Below the pieces are notes generated by a model. It was not told the DNA's origin. It saw only the letters and a list, made by a program, of their open reading frames with translations, and did not search any database. A stretch of DNA of 64,000 nucleotides from the human T2T-CHM13v2.0 reference genome, Homo sapiens. This document shows, piece after piece, positions 1 through 13,754 of this stretch. The stretch's first letter is position 1; each line of letters begins with the position of its first letter. Made by a program: the position numbers and the translations under genes. The stretch is from assembly GCF_009914755.1 (NCBI RefSeq), contig NC_060947.1. One strand, written 5' to 3'.

Positions 1-1071
1 CTGAACAAAGGACTTCAAATCGGCATGCCCACAAAAGGATCGCCTCTGGTCCTTATACATATAACTACATTAATAATGATTTAAAACATTTTTTCTTACT
101 GCAATTATCTTTATGGTCCTTTTTGAAAATATAATTTGATTTAAGGTGATCTTACAAAATTCCAGGGAATAATTCTTATTCTTAATAAAGTTTAATAGTC
201 TGTTGAGATTCAAGTGTTCCAATAGGTATGGTTCTTTCCACTTCTAAAATTAAATCACTTAATGAGAATTGCCAGAAAGAGACTTCATTAGTAATTATCC
301 ATAATGGTAGAGAACACACAAGATACATTTGCACTGTTCTATTGTTATAAGCCAGCAGAAGAGTGGAATTTTCAAAGATGCAAATAGTTCCCCTCGGTCA
401 TATTACCCTGGATAGAAATTAGAGCTGCAAGCTAATAGGAGACTGAGGGACAAGGGCATGCTCCTCAGCCTGTGGTTTCTCTGGCTTCCAAAGCTAGAAG
501 CAAATGATTCTTTTTTTTTTTCCAATCCATCCATTAAGCTTCCAAGAAATAAACACGTTTGCTTCAAAATTCAATTCCCTGTGGGGTTATCTTCAGATGC
601 TGCATGGGTTTATTAGAATTAATTGCAACACAGCACAGCTTCCAAAGTGAAGGCCCAGGGTTGACAAAAGACCCTCCCTATCACAGCCACCAACCCACCA
701 AAGGCTATGGGGACTCTCTTGCAAACAATATCTGAGCAATCTCGAGGAAGACAAGCAAAGGCCTTGCCTTTCTCAACTTCAGTCTAGAGCAGGTAGGGAG
801 GGGTAGCCCATAAATGAGTAAACAAAGAGAAAAGATGATTACGTATTGTGCTAAGTGCAGTTAGTGAAGGCAGTCGGCGATGTTTGTCAGCAAGATGCAT
901 TTTTTTCCATTTTGCTTCCCACATCTGCAATCAACATATAACTTCATGGTATGAACTATTAAACACATAAACACTAGAACAAATGTGGGTTTCCTATTCC
1001 AGTTCAAGGCTTGATAAGTCAAAAAACTATTTTGATGGTCCTGGGTTCTAAAAAAACACTGTTTCTCTCTG

Positions 1072-1108
1072 GTGGGTGTGTGTGTGGGTGTGGGGGTGTG
1101 TGTGTGTG
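1072..1108. repeat. Imperfect (GT)n microsatellite
   Basis: gtgggtgtgtgtgtgggtgtgggggtgtgtgtgtgtgt. Confidence 0.85.
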
Positions 1109-2295
1109 TAAGGGCGAGTAGTGAGTACTAGGGTCAACAACAGCCTTAATAGCACGTTGCCCCCAAATACAAAGGTGTTCCACATATAAGTAGCTATGAA
1201 TGTGGGTTTCAAAACAAAAGCCTTAACTTAGAGTTTTATTATGTTTTAAAATCATCACTGTCTTAGTGTTTAAACACCTGTTTAAGTCCTCTTAATAAGG
1301 TAGAAATGCCTGTTTATGGCTTTTTAAAAATATAAACACAAGGATCCATAGCTTTAAAAAAAACACTTTGTTTCTGTGACAATGTTTGTTAATCTAGCTA
1401 ATTGAGTTACTTGCAGAAAAATGGAGAACAGAGAGTGATAGTTGAGTTCTTCATGTACAAGTAAGCACTGTTACTCCAAATACCTTAGTTACCTGAATTA
1501 TTCTAAGGTTATTTGTAAAAACTAAAATTCCACGAGGCAAAGAAGGACTTTTATCAATCCCATTTATATTTGATTTCTGTATTACACATAAAGAATTGGA
1601 CTATTAAAGAAAGTAACCAAATGAGAGATGGATGTTTAAAAATAACATTAAATGAGTGATTTGGGAACTCCAAAACTTTATGTGACCAAGTTATTTCTTC
1701 TCTGTGCCTACAGGTCTTTGTCACACTGGGATTGCAATTTATTAGATGCCATACACAAGTTCTATTGTGGGCTCCAATCAGAGGTACAGGGAAAACCTCC
1801 AGAAGATTCTTCCTTAGTAAGCAGCAGGTAACGTTCTGTAATTTTAGGCCACCACACGGAACCAATTGTCACTCACAGTTTCTGTCACAGAGTGGGATGT
1901 GTCACACTTCATTTGGTGCAAAATATGACAATGAAAAACACAACTTGATCAACCTATTTTAGCAGCCTCTGTTCAGCCATCAGTGTGAGGAGCTGGAGTA
2001 CTGTGACAAAGCATTAGGCTCCTTACAATGCCGACCTAGAAACCAAATCACTGCTTTGTAGCAAGGAATGAAAATCAGGATGAAAAAGCTACAGTTGATC
2101 TCCCCACCCAGCAAAGGAAATATGGACAAAATACAATCACCACCACATATATAACAGGTGGACTTCATGTAAGGATTAATATAATGATTCATGTAATATA
2201 AGGCTCATCTTCAAAAAGGAATGATTTGCTCCCTTTGCCATGACTAATGTGTCTGGGTGGGGCAGCCCGTGGTGTATCGGCAATAAGATTTCTAC

Positions 2296-2362
2296 AAAAA
2301 AAAAAAAAAAAAAAGAAAGAAAGAAAGAAAAAAAACAGAAAGAAAAGAAAAGAAAGCAAAAA
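2296..2362 (+). repeat. A-rich / (GAAA)n tract with no Alu or L1 body attached
   Basis: A18 followed by gaaagaaagaaag... Confidence 0.85.
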
Positions 2363-2802
2363 CACCACCACAAAGCAATGTCTGAATCCCTGAGTCAGCC
2401 CCAAATGCACACTCATTGTTCAGACTTGCCCGGGTTTCCTCCCAAAGAAAATTTACTCACTCTCCTATGGAAAGGCAAAGTAGGAGACTACAGGAGCATC
2501 AAAGCCATGGACCCTGTCAAGGATGCCAAGAGGAGGGGGAAATACACCTTCCGACCTCAAGAATTTTGGAGAGGGGGCTGTCTCAGTAGCAAAGCGGGTC
2601 AAGAAATGTGATATGAGGCCCTAAAACCATAGCATAGGACTTCCTCGGTATGTAGGACAGGGGTACAAGCCAAAGGGCAGGTGCTATATTCACCCACACA
2701 CACCATAAGGAATCCATGCTTCCTGGAAACTGCCCATTGATGTCACCCTGTGCAGCTGTAACCTGTGTGAGTGTTCTGACTCAGTCATAACAATGACATT
2801 TT

Positions 2803-3128
<326 letters not shown>

Positions 3129-3138
3129 TTAATTCCAC

Positions 3139-4861
3139 TTTTTTTTTTTGAAGCAGTTGCTTTTTTATTGTTAACAATCCCTCATATGAGAATAGCCCAT
3201 TGCGGTTAATAAGGTACTTATGACCATTACCTCAATTATTCCTCACAAAAGCTCTATGAGATATAAGCATGATTTTACTAATAAGGAAACAGAAGCTTAG
3301 AGAAGTTGAATAGACTACTCAGTAGTTAGTAAATGGTAGACCCAGGGCCCAAGCCCAGATTGTTCCTTGCTCTTTCCTCACAATGGTTAACTTGGTTTCT
3401 GGAGTGGAGTTATAGGCTAAAATGACATTAAAATTCTATTAAATGTGGTTTCCGCAGTAGAGGTTTTAAGCTGAAGTGATATCATTAAAATTATATCCTT
3501 TTGAAAAATATTTATTGAGTATAAATAAATGTCCTATACATTAAATATCAAGAAATATTCATTATTGATTACAAGTCAAGATGTAATACTGAGGGAACCA
3601 TAGAATAAAAATACCCACTCATGATACAGTAGTGATAACTCCATTCCAATATTGGACACAGTAATGATTTGTTCACAAGACACAACAAAACCCATCAAAA
3701 AGGCCATCACTTTAACCAACCTATAATACCACAATAGAAAATGGTTCTGAAACATAATATGAACAGCCCCAATAATCTCATCTTTGTCTTATCAGTTTAT
3801 CAGGTCATTTTGAGACTGCAGAGTTATAGTGTCATAGATTTTTAACATTCCATTTCCTTAGTTTTATTTCAAATTATTACTAATGAATGAAAACAAGTCA
3901 TACAAGCCAAAGATACCTTTAAACTAAGTTCAATTTTCATAAGAAAAAAGGAATCAAATTTTAGTACAAAAAAAGCGTTTCCCAAACAATGAGTCTCCTA
4001 ATGGAAAAAATACAAGAGCAATGTAATTAAACTTTCCTTCAAAGAAAGGAAAGAAACGTAAATCTGTTATGTTAATTTGGAAAGATAAATATTTCCTAGT
4101 CCCCTAGTCCCATAATATGTGTTTGTTTTACAAGATATACTTGAATGATGCCAATCTATGAAGTAGGGATCTGTGGCAATCCAAATTCATCCACCAGAAC
4201 TCCATCCTTGTTTTTCGTATCAGTGGGAACACCTTCCGGAATTGCAGGTGCAGATGCTGTCTCATACAAATAAGAACTGTCTTCATCAGCCAGAAGCTCA
4301 TCACCCAGTGCATCCAACTTTGCTTCTAGGTCATCTTCATCCAGTTCTGGTGTGCCATAACTGCGACTCAGTGCTTCTTGGATTTCATTTGCATCTTCCA
4401 TCATATCCTCTAGCTGGTCTCGTAAATCCTCAATCTGGTCGATTTTCACTTGCTTGTGTGCCTTCTTCATTTCCTTTACTCCCAGTTTCATAGCATCAAC
4501 CGTGGTCTTGGTGTCCTTCAATGACTGGATGGTATAATTGGCTTGTTCTATGTTGAATGACTATTGGGCAAGATTGCCCTGCTGCTGCTCATACATCCAC
4601 TTTTGCTTTAAAACTCACGAGGCTTTCTGCTTAACCATACTCTTTGCAGGACCCTCTCTCATCTTCTTGATCTGATCCTTATACTTCACTAGCTCAGCAT
4701 CCAATCGAGAAATCTTCTTGTCAATGGATTCTGCCCTGCTGTCCACCATGTCAATGCAGTCAGTCAGGCTGGGCAGTGGAGCCTTGGGTTTCACTTTCCC
4801 GAAGAATTGGTTGATCTTGAGCGGCCGCAAAGAAACCCAAACACTGGAGCAAAACCATAAA
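3139..4861 (-). pseudogene. CHMP5P1: Processed (retro) pseudogene of CHMP5 (ESCRT-III), full length with UTR sequence and poly(A) tail
   Basis: Intronless 660-nt frame 4815->4156 (219 codons + stop) reading ...[35 protein letters not shown]...[11 protein letters not shown]. Start codon is ATC (4815); nonsense TGA at 4617-4615 and TAG at 4563-4561; no frameshift. AATAAA at 3169-3164, A11 tail at 3149-3139, degenerate TSD (ccacttatttctt 4862-4874 vs ccacttttttttt 3135-3147). The P1 symbol is from memory. Confidence 0.93.
3220..3370. mobile_element. MIR fragment inside the CHMP5 retrocopy 3' UTR
   Basis: MIR-core-like attttactaataaggaaacagaagcttagagaagttgaatagact...agttagtaaatggtagacccagg. Confidence 0.6.
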
Positions 4862-4899
4862 CCACTTATTTCTTATGAGGAAAAATGGGGAAGAGGAGC

Positions 4900-5330
4900 T
4901 ATAGGAATCAGAAGGGTTCAGAGCAGGGAGTCTAGAGGCAGACTGCCCGGATTCAAAGCTCAGCTTCATCATTTACTAAGCTACATGACCTGGGCAAGTC
5001 ACTCAACTTCTTTGTGCCTCAATTTTCTCATCAGGAAACTATAAATGGTATTGAGTTGTTAGAAGAATTAAATGAGTTAATATTTATAAAATGTCTGGAA
5101 TGGACCAGGAGCCATGGCTCACTCCTGCAATCCTAACACTTTGGGAGGCCGAAGTTGGGAGGATCGTTTGAGCCCAGGACATTGGGGCTGCTGTGAGCCA
5201 TGATCACACCAGTGCACTGCAGCCTGGGTAACAGAGCAAGACCCTGTCTCAAAAACAAAATAATAAAAATAAATAAAATAAAATGCCTGGAATGGTGCCT
5301 GGCATATATAAGCACTGTTAAATTTTGTTA
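4900..5330 (+). mobile_element. MIR interrupted by an Alu monomer
   Basis: ggcagactgcccgggattcaaagctcagcttc...gggcaagtcactcaacttctttgtgcctcaattttctcatc; resumes as gtgcctggcatata after the monomer. Confidence 0.75.
5103..5283 (+). mobile_element. Alu monomer (FRAM/FAM-like)
   Basis: Single right-arm-like monomer with A-rich tail; TSD ataaaatg(t/c)ctggaat. Confidence 0.85.
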
Positions 5331-5603
5331 TTTAAAATAAAAACTTTTAAAATGTTTAAACAGCTAAGAAGAGCCCTTGGCCCCATTCAGACCTCTCACC
5401 AGAGCTAAAGTTGGAAGTTCTGTTCTTCCTTCTTCCCCAGACCATGTGCCAGAACTGCTGACAGGAGTCTCAGTGTCTGTCCTGAAGGCAGATGATCCTC
5501 CCTATTCTCACCTTGTCATTGCTCTAACCCCCATTCAGATCCCCTGCATCCCCAACACGAGTCCAGTTAGCCCAGTTTGTAATGCTAACCTTCCATTTCA
5601 AGG

Positions 5604-6155
5604 TGTCAGTGCAGTGGCACAGCTATGGTGATGAGACCAAGCGGCAACCAGAGCCCCAAGACACACACTGGTTTCCATTTAATACAATATTTACTTATCT
5701 TTATATTAGGACACAGGAGAGGAAACCCATCAGGGACCGCAGCTTCATCTCAATGGGAGGACCAGCAGCTACCCAAGTCTACAGCTACTTGTGTCCCTCA
5801 TCCACACAGGTCACGTATGACTGCCACGGATGATAGGCAAGATGTTTGCGGATTTTGCTGATGAAAAAAACAGCCCCTTTTCCTGTCAATCTTTTATACC
5901 ACCCTCAGGCATGCCAAATGTCCCCATGCCAATTTACAGCTTCCCAGTGGAGGGGCAGCTCCATGTGACAACCAAGGCAGGCGCAACATCCCCCAATTAT
6001 CTTAACTCTTACTGTTTTCAACAACATAGAGCATAGGAGGCCAGGGTCACTCTCAGGTAGGCCTATATCAGCCCAAGCCTTCACTCATGAATGCCAATTC
6101 ACTTTTTAATGGAATGCAGCCTTGGGCCCCAAAAGGGCAATCAAGGTCCCCCACA
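5604..6155 (-). mobile_element. Probable old solo LTR (ERVL, MER54/MER70-like group)
   Basis: TG...CA termini; minus-strand start TGTGGGGGACCTTGATTG resembles this group. No TSD found; family uncertain. Confidence 0.4.
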
Positions 6156-7094
6156 ATCTATTGCCTGAATATGTTTCCTGTCTCATCTCCTACAACTGAT
6201 CCCCGCATACCCTAAACTCAGCCACACAGCCTGCTTCACCCTTTGGCTCACTGTGCACAGTTGTGTTACACTCAAGAGTGTCAACTCGGGGGCAGAAACC
6301 TTTTATTTTCTCTTCCTATCACCTGGTACCCCAATGCAATCTCTTAAACACTAAAAATTCAGCAAAACCTTAACTGCATTTAAGCAAATGAAGCTGGGTC
6401 ACAATTACTCTGGTACAGTGAAGGAAAGTCATGGAATTTTAAAAGTTCCGATGTCTGGATGACAGTGATCCTTATACACATGAAATATTAAAGGCCACAA
6501 GCCTCATCCAAACCACTCTCTTGATTCCACAGCAGGAGGAAGATACGCCAGAGGGATCGCAAAGCTAATTGCTTAATAACTCCCTTTGCACAATGTTCCC
6601 ATAGCCATCCTTGTGAGTAGGGCCTGTGTCCCTGTACAACAAATAGTCAGCAAATGCTTGGGTAGCCAGCATATGACTTAGTCTTGTGAAAAATTATGAT
6701 TGCGCTTGAGTCTCTTCGTGGAAAGATTTAAATCTGTACTTAATGCCAAAATAAACACAAAGAACTAGCCAATGTAAATTAGGGATATCCCAAAGTTTGA
6801 CTTAGGCAAAAATCATCTCTGATCTTCAGAAGTAACTGAACGTCTCCTGCAATATCATTTTTGGTATCCCTTAACTGTTAGTGACCAATTATTGCACGAT
6901 AGCACAGTGACCAGCATAACAATCTGAGTAATATAAAAAAAGTGTACCATTTGTATTTATTAAGTCTATATGTAAGATGGAATAAAAATTGTATTAATCT
7001 CTTGAGAGATATATTGATCTTTATTATTGTAAGAATAAAGTACCAATTAATGACTGTGAGAGCGGTTAATTTGATATACAAAATAGTTAACCTA

Positions 7095-8150
7095 TTAAGA
7101 ATGTATTAAGATAAACACAAAAAGCACAAGCCATAAAGGAAAAATTAATTGATAAACAGGACTTTGTCAAAAACTTAAAATTTCTGTTCTTCAAAAGACA
7201 CAGTTCAGGAAATGAAAAGACAGGCCACAGACAGGTAGAAAATATTGCATACTACTTATCTGACGAAGGATTGGTATCCAGAAAATATAAAATACACAAC
7301 TCAATTAGACAAAAAAAGATAAATTTAAAATGGGCAAACAAGTACAAACAGAGACTTCAAAGAGGATATATGGATGGCAAATAGGCATAAGAAAAGATGT
7401 TCAACATTATTAGTCAGTAGGGAAATGCAAATTAAAACAGTAAGATACCACTTCATACTAGAATTGATAAAATTTAAAATTCCTAAATAACAAAAGTTGG
7501 TAAAGGTGTGGAACAACTGAAAAGCTTCTACATTGCTGATGGAAATGAAAAATGTTCAGATCTTCTAAAAATGATTGCCAGGTTTTTAAAGTTAAACATA
7601 CACTCACCATGCAGCCAAGGAATCTCACCTTGGGTATTTATTCCAACAGAAATGAAAACCCATGCTCACACAAAGACATGTAAGCAAATGTTCATAGCAG
7701 CTTTATTTATAATACCTCATAACTGAAAACAACCCAAATGTTCAATGAATGGTGAATATATAAGTAAACTGTGATATATCCAGACAATTGAATATTACTC
7801 AGCAATAAGAAAGGAACAAACTATTGATACACATTACATCACAGATGAATCTCAAAAGCATTATGCTAAGTGAAAGAAGCTAGAAAACAAAAGGTTATCT
7901 AATACATGATGTTCTAAAAACGGCAAAACTATAGAGACAGAAAACAGATCAGTAGTTGCCAAGAGCTAGGGTAGAAGAAGGGCATGTTCTGCAAAAGCAG
8001 ATTTCCAGGGGGATAGAAATGTTCTATTATCTTGATTTTGGTGGTGGTTACACAAGTGTACGCAGTGTCAAAACTCATTGAACTGTATATTTAAAAGAAA
8101 TGAATTTTGTTGTATGTAAATTATACCTCAATAAACCTGGCTTTTAAAAA
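7095..8150 (+). mobile_element. Old L1M 3' end (ORF2 C-terminus and 3' UTR)
   Basis: aaatgggcaaac..., gggaaatgcaaattaaaac, gcaaatgttcatagcagctttatttataat; ends tgtaaattatacctcaataaa. Confidence 0.85.
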
Positions 8151-8406
8151 GGGAATACTTTAAAAAATAGGTAAACAGCCAGTGAATATTTGAGTGAATT
8201 AATGAATGAAGAATGCAATAATTAAATAACTTAAGGAAAAACAATATATTTGGTTAAGCCAATAAATACCTAAAAATTTAAGTAACAATACAAGATACAA
8301 TAATAGATATTAGATTATAACATAATTCTAGTCTTTGTAGAATTGTTTGGTGCATTAACATAACATTGCAAAACAAACTTTTAGAGTTGCATTTAATTTC
8401 TAGTTA

Positions 8407-8800
<394 letters not shown>

Positions 8801-9373
8801 AATGATCTCTTGCCTTCAATGTCAAACTTTAAAAAGATGATTCCTGAAATTTTTAATAAAATTGCAATAATAATATATTTCTGAATAAAATTTCAGATTT
8901 ATTTAACTCAGAGGTTCATTCTAAGTTGGTGATATTTTGGTTTGGATAAATATTTATTTTTTAACCCTTGCCACTCAACATTTAGCTAAAATAGTTATTC
9001 AGTAGCTAATCTGTTAACTTTCACGGTTTCAAGTTCTGGTTCATGCTCAGTCTGCCTTCACTAAACCAATGTCAAAATACACTCTGGGGTTCAGCCTTCA
9101 TACCCTTTAAGGACTTATGATAAACTCACCATTACATCCAACATTTACACTAGAAATCCTAATCAATCTTCACAATGTTGATTTCTTACATTAATTTTCA
9201 AGATAATTCACTGTAAGACAGAAATATAGTAAGAATCACTTGAAAATTTTCAGAAAATATCCTGAAAATGAGAGTTAAAAATGAAAAAAAAATGGAGCTA
9301 AGCAAAATCTTTTTAAAAAAAGAAAATAAAGGAAATCTAGAACAACAATAGAGGTTAAAGACATAATGGATGA

Positions 9374-9662
9374 GGCTGGGTGTGGTGGCTCATGCCTGTA
9401 ATCCCAGCACTTTGGGAGGCCAAGGCAGGAGGATCACCAGAGCTCAAAAGTTCAAGACCACCCTGGGAATCAAAGTGAGACCTGGTCTTCTCAAAAAATG
9501 AACAAAATTAGCTGGACAGAGTGGTGCATGCCTGTAGTCCCAGCTACTCAGGAGGCTGAGGTGGGAGGACTGCTTGAGCCCAGGAGGTCAAGGCTGCAGT
9601 GAGCCTAGATCACACCACTGCACTCCAGCCTGGGCAACAGAGCGAGACTGTCTCAAAAAAAA

Positions 9663-9666
<4 letters not shown>
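9374..9666 (+). mobile_element. AluJ
   Basis: Dimer with J-type ggaggactgcttgagcccaggaggtcaaggctgcag; TSD aatggatga. Confidence 0.93.

Positions 9667-9667
<1 letters not shown>

Positions 9668-9725
<58 letters not shown>
9668..9725. repeat. (TA)~29 microsatellite in an Alu tail
   Basis: Uninterrupted TA run. Confidence 0.95.
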
Positions 9726-9730
<5 letters not shown>

Positions 9731-10324
9731 GATGAGAAGACCTTGTTTATAATAGTACCAAAAATATAAAATATCCAGGAATAAACTTAGGAAATGTACA
9801 AAACTTAAGTGGAAGACTCAAAAACACTCCAGAAGAACACAAAAGGCTTTAACCAATGGAAAGTCACAGGATATCTTTGAATAGGAAGAATCAACATCAT
9901 AAAAATGATTCTCCCACTTCGACTCATAAATCCAATGCTATCCAATAAAAATACCAATAGGCATTTGGACAGAAAACAGGAAAGCTAATTTTAGAGTCAT
10001 ACACAAAACTAAACAAACAAGAAGAACCAGGAAGACTCAGGGGGAAAAAAAGCAATGAGAAGCCACTAGCCCTACCAGATTTTAAAATATGTTCTAAGGT
10101 CCATAACAATTGGTACTGTGGTATTAATTCATGAATAGAGAAATACCAATGGACCAGAACAGAAAGTCCAGAAATATATACAGGTAGTGGATGAAAGAGA
10201 AGGCATCTCAAATCAGTGGGGTCAATATGGACATTTTAGTCACTGGTGTTGGGACAATTTGGTAGCCATTTGGTGGGGAATATCTTTCTAATGATAAGGT
10301 CCAGGCATCTTAAAAAAAAAAATG

Positions 10325-10733
<409 letters not shown>

Positions 10734-10954
10734 CTAAAAAGGAAAAACAGAAAAAATATTTGCAATTTATCACAGATAAAGGGCTAATCTCTGTAATATA
10801 CAAAAAACTCCTAGGACTCAAGAGAAAAGACAAGCCCATGGGAAAAAAAATAAACAAAGAATATAAGTAGGCAATTCACAGAAAAAAAAATACGAATGGC
10901 CCTTAAAACTTTTAAGAAGATATTCATCATTACTTATAAGAGAAATGCAAATTA

Positions 10955-11250
<296 letters not shown>

Positions 11251-11266
11251 TGACGTTGAGACATCA

Positions 11267-11649
<383 letters not shown>

Positions 11650-12329
11650 TCATATATTGTGGAGGAAGTAAAAAATGCTACAACTTCTAATGAGAAGAAT
11701 CTGGCAATGTCATCTAAAATTGCAAATGCATATACCTTTTAATCTAACAGTCCCACTCCCAGGAATCTATTCTACAAATACACCCGCACATACATAAGAT
11801 GCTCAAGGTTTCCTGCTACAGTATTGTTCGATTACTATAAGAAACAACCCTAGGGCCCACCAACAAAGGACTAAATTATGGTACATCCAAACAATAGAAT
11901 ACCACGCAGCTATGAAAGAAAAGAATGAGGAATACCTCTTCGTACCAATATGGCAAAATCTCTAGGACAAATTAAATGAAAAACACAAGGTGCAGTACAG
12001 GACACATGGTATACTACCTTTGGTCAGAGAAAAGGTGGAAATTAGCACGTATATTTGTATTTGCTTTTATTTATGTAAAGAAACACTGAAATGACAAACA
12101 ACTAAGAAAAGTGGTTACTACAATGTTAAGGAGAAATGGAGAGTTGGGGGTGAGGTATACCTTTTCAATCTGTCCCTTTTAAATTTGCTTTTATATGTAG
12201 ACCATGTAAATGTATTAACTACTCAACATTTTTAAAATATTGGCAAAAAAGACTCAGGAAGCACAAAAATGGGCAAGACTAAACAATACATTATTAAGGG
12301 CTATATACACGTTACAAACCTAAAAAAGA

Positions 12330-13520
12330 CTATTTGCTGCTATCCATAGCAAAGAATTTGTTGCTAGCAGATCTGCCTTACAAGAAATACTAAAGGAAGT
12401 CTTTTAGGTAAAAGGAAATGATACTAGACAATGACTCAAAGCCACACAAAGAAATTAAGAGCACTGGAAAATGTAAAAATATGAGTAACTATAAAACACT
12501 ATATACATGTATACCTTTTTCTCTTCTCTAAACTCTTAAAAAGACATAAAACTGAATTAAACAATAATTACAATGCTGTATTGTTAGGGTTGTAGCTTAT
12601 ATAGATGATACATATTTTATGATACTAGCATGATGGAGGGATGTGGTAATAGAGTTAGAATCAAAGAAAGTTTCAATATTTTACTGGAATTAAATTAGCA
12701 TCACACTAAAGTAGATTGAGATTAAGTTAAGATGACTATTGTAATCCCTAGAGCAACCACTATGAAACTAACTCAAAAATATAGTGGAAAAAACACAAAG
12801 GAATTAAAATGGTAAACTAGTACTATCTCTCCCACACACATGGAGGGCAGTGAAAAAAAAACAAAGAATCAAAACTTTCATGAAATATATAGAAAATAAT
12901 AGCAAAATTGCAGATATAAATCCAACCATACGAATACTTACATTAAAGGGGACTGGACTAAACACTGCAATCAAAAGGCAGCAATTGTCACACTGGGGAA
13001 AAAACCAAGATTCCACTTTATGCTATCTAAAAGAGGCACATTTTAGATCAGGGCTTCTCAACCTTAGCACCACTGAAATTTCAGGCTGGATAATTCTTTG
13101 TTGTAAGAGCTCTTCTGTGCATCATAGGATATTTAGTAGTAGCCCTGGCCTTTATTCATTAGATGTCAGTAGCTGCCATGCAGGTATGACAACCAAAAAT
13201 ATTTCCAGCTACTGTCACATGTCACAAGGGGGCTAAATTGCCCAGTTGAGAACCATTGTTGTAGATTAAAACACACACACACACACACTCACACACATAC
13301 GTTTAAAGTAAAAGGACTGGAAAACATATGCCAGGTAACACCAATCATAAAAGCACTACAGTAACTACATTTATATCAGATGAAATAAACTCTAGACAAT
13401 AAATATTATAGACGGAAAGACCCTTCATCATAATGTCATCAGGAAGATATAAAAATTATTAAAGTGGACACATCTAAAAACAGAATACCAAATCACTGAA
13501 GCAAAAATGAACAGACATTA
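12330..13520 (+). mobile_element. Old L1M ORF1 end / inter-ORF / ORF2 endonuclease start
   Basis: gcagatctgccttacaagaaatactaaaggaagtc; ORF 12850-13236 begins with the EN-like ILTLKGTGLNTAIKRQ...QDSTLCYLKEAHF. Confidence 0.75.
13049..13258. mobile_element. MER20 (hAT-Charlie non-autonomous DNA transposon)
   Basis: Terminal inverted repeats cagggcttctcaac ... gttgagaaccattg; 8-bp TSD ttttagat / ttgtagat. Confidence 0.88.
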
Positions 13521-13754
13521 ACATTTCAATCTTTGTTTTTCTGGGAATGTCATTATTTCACACTCATTTTTTAATGTAAATGTTCATTACTTTTGTTCCT
13601 TTAAGTGCTGACAGGTCTATGATGTTCCCTGTGCTGGCAGGGACCTGATGAGTTATTAAGGATCTGGAAGCCTTCAGGTGGCTGAGACTCTTCTACAAGA
13701 AATGGCCAAACTGGCCACAGTCATTTTTTTTTTTGCATCACCACACTTATTGTT

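Noticed and set aside
2240-2611. 123-aa Lys-rich ORF
   Set aside because: The Lys/Glu run is simply the translated A-rich tract; no homology recognised.
4173-5044. Plus-strand ORFs over the CHMP5 retrocopy
   Set aside because: Antisense shadows of the pseudogene and the adjacent MIR.
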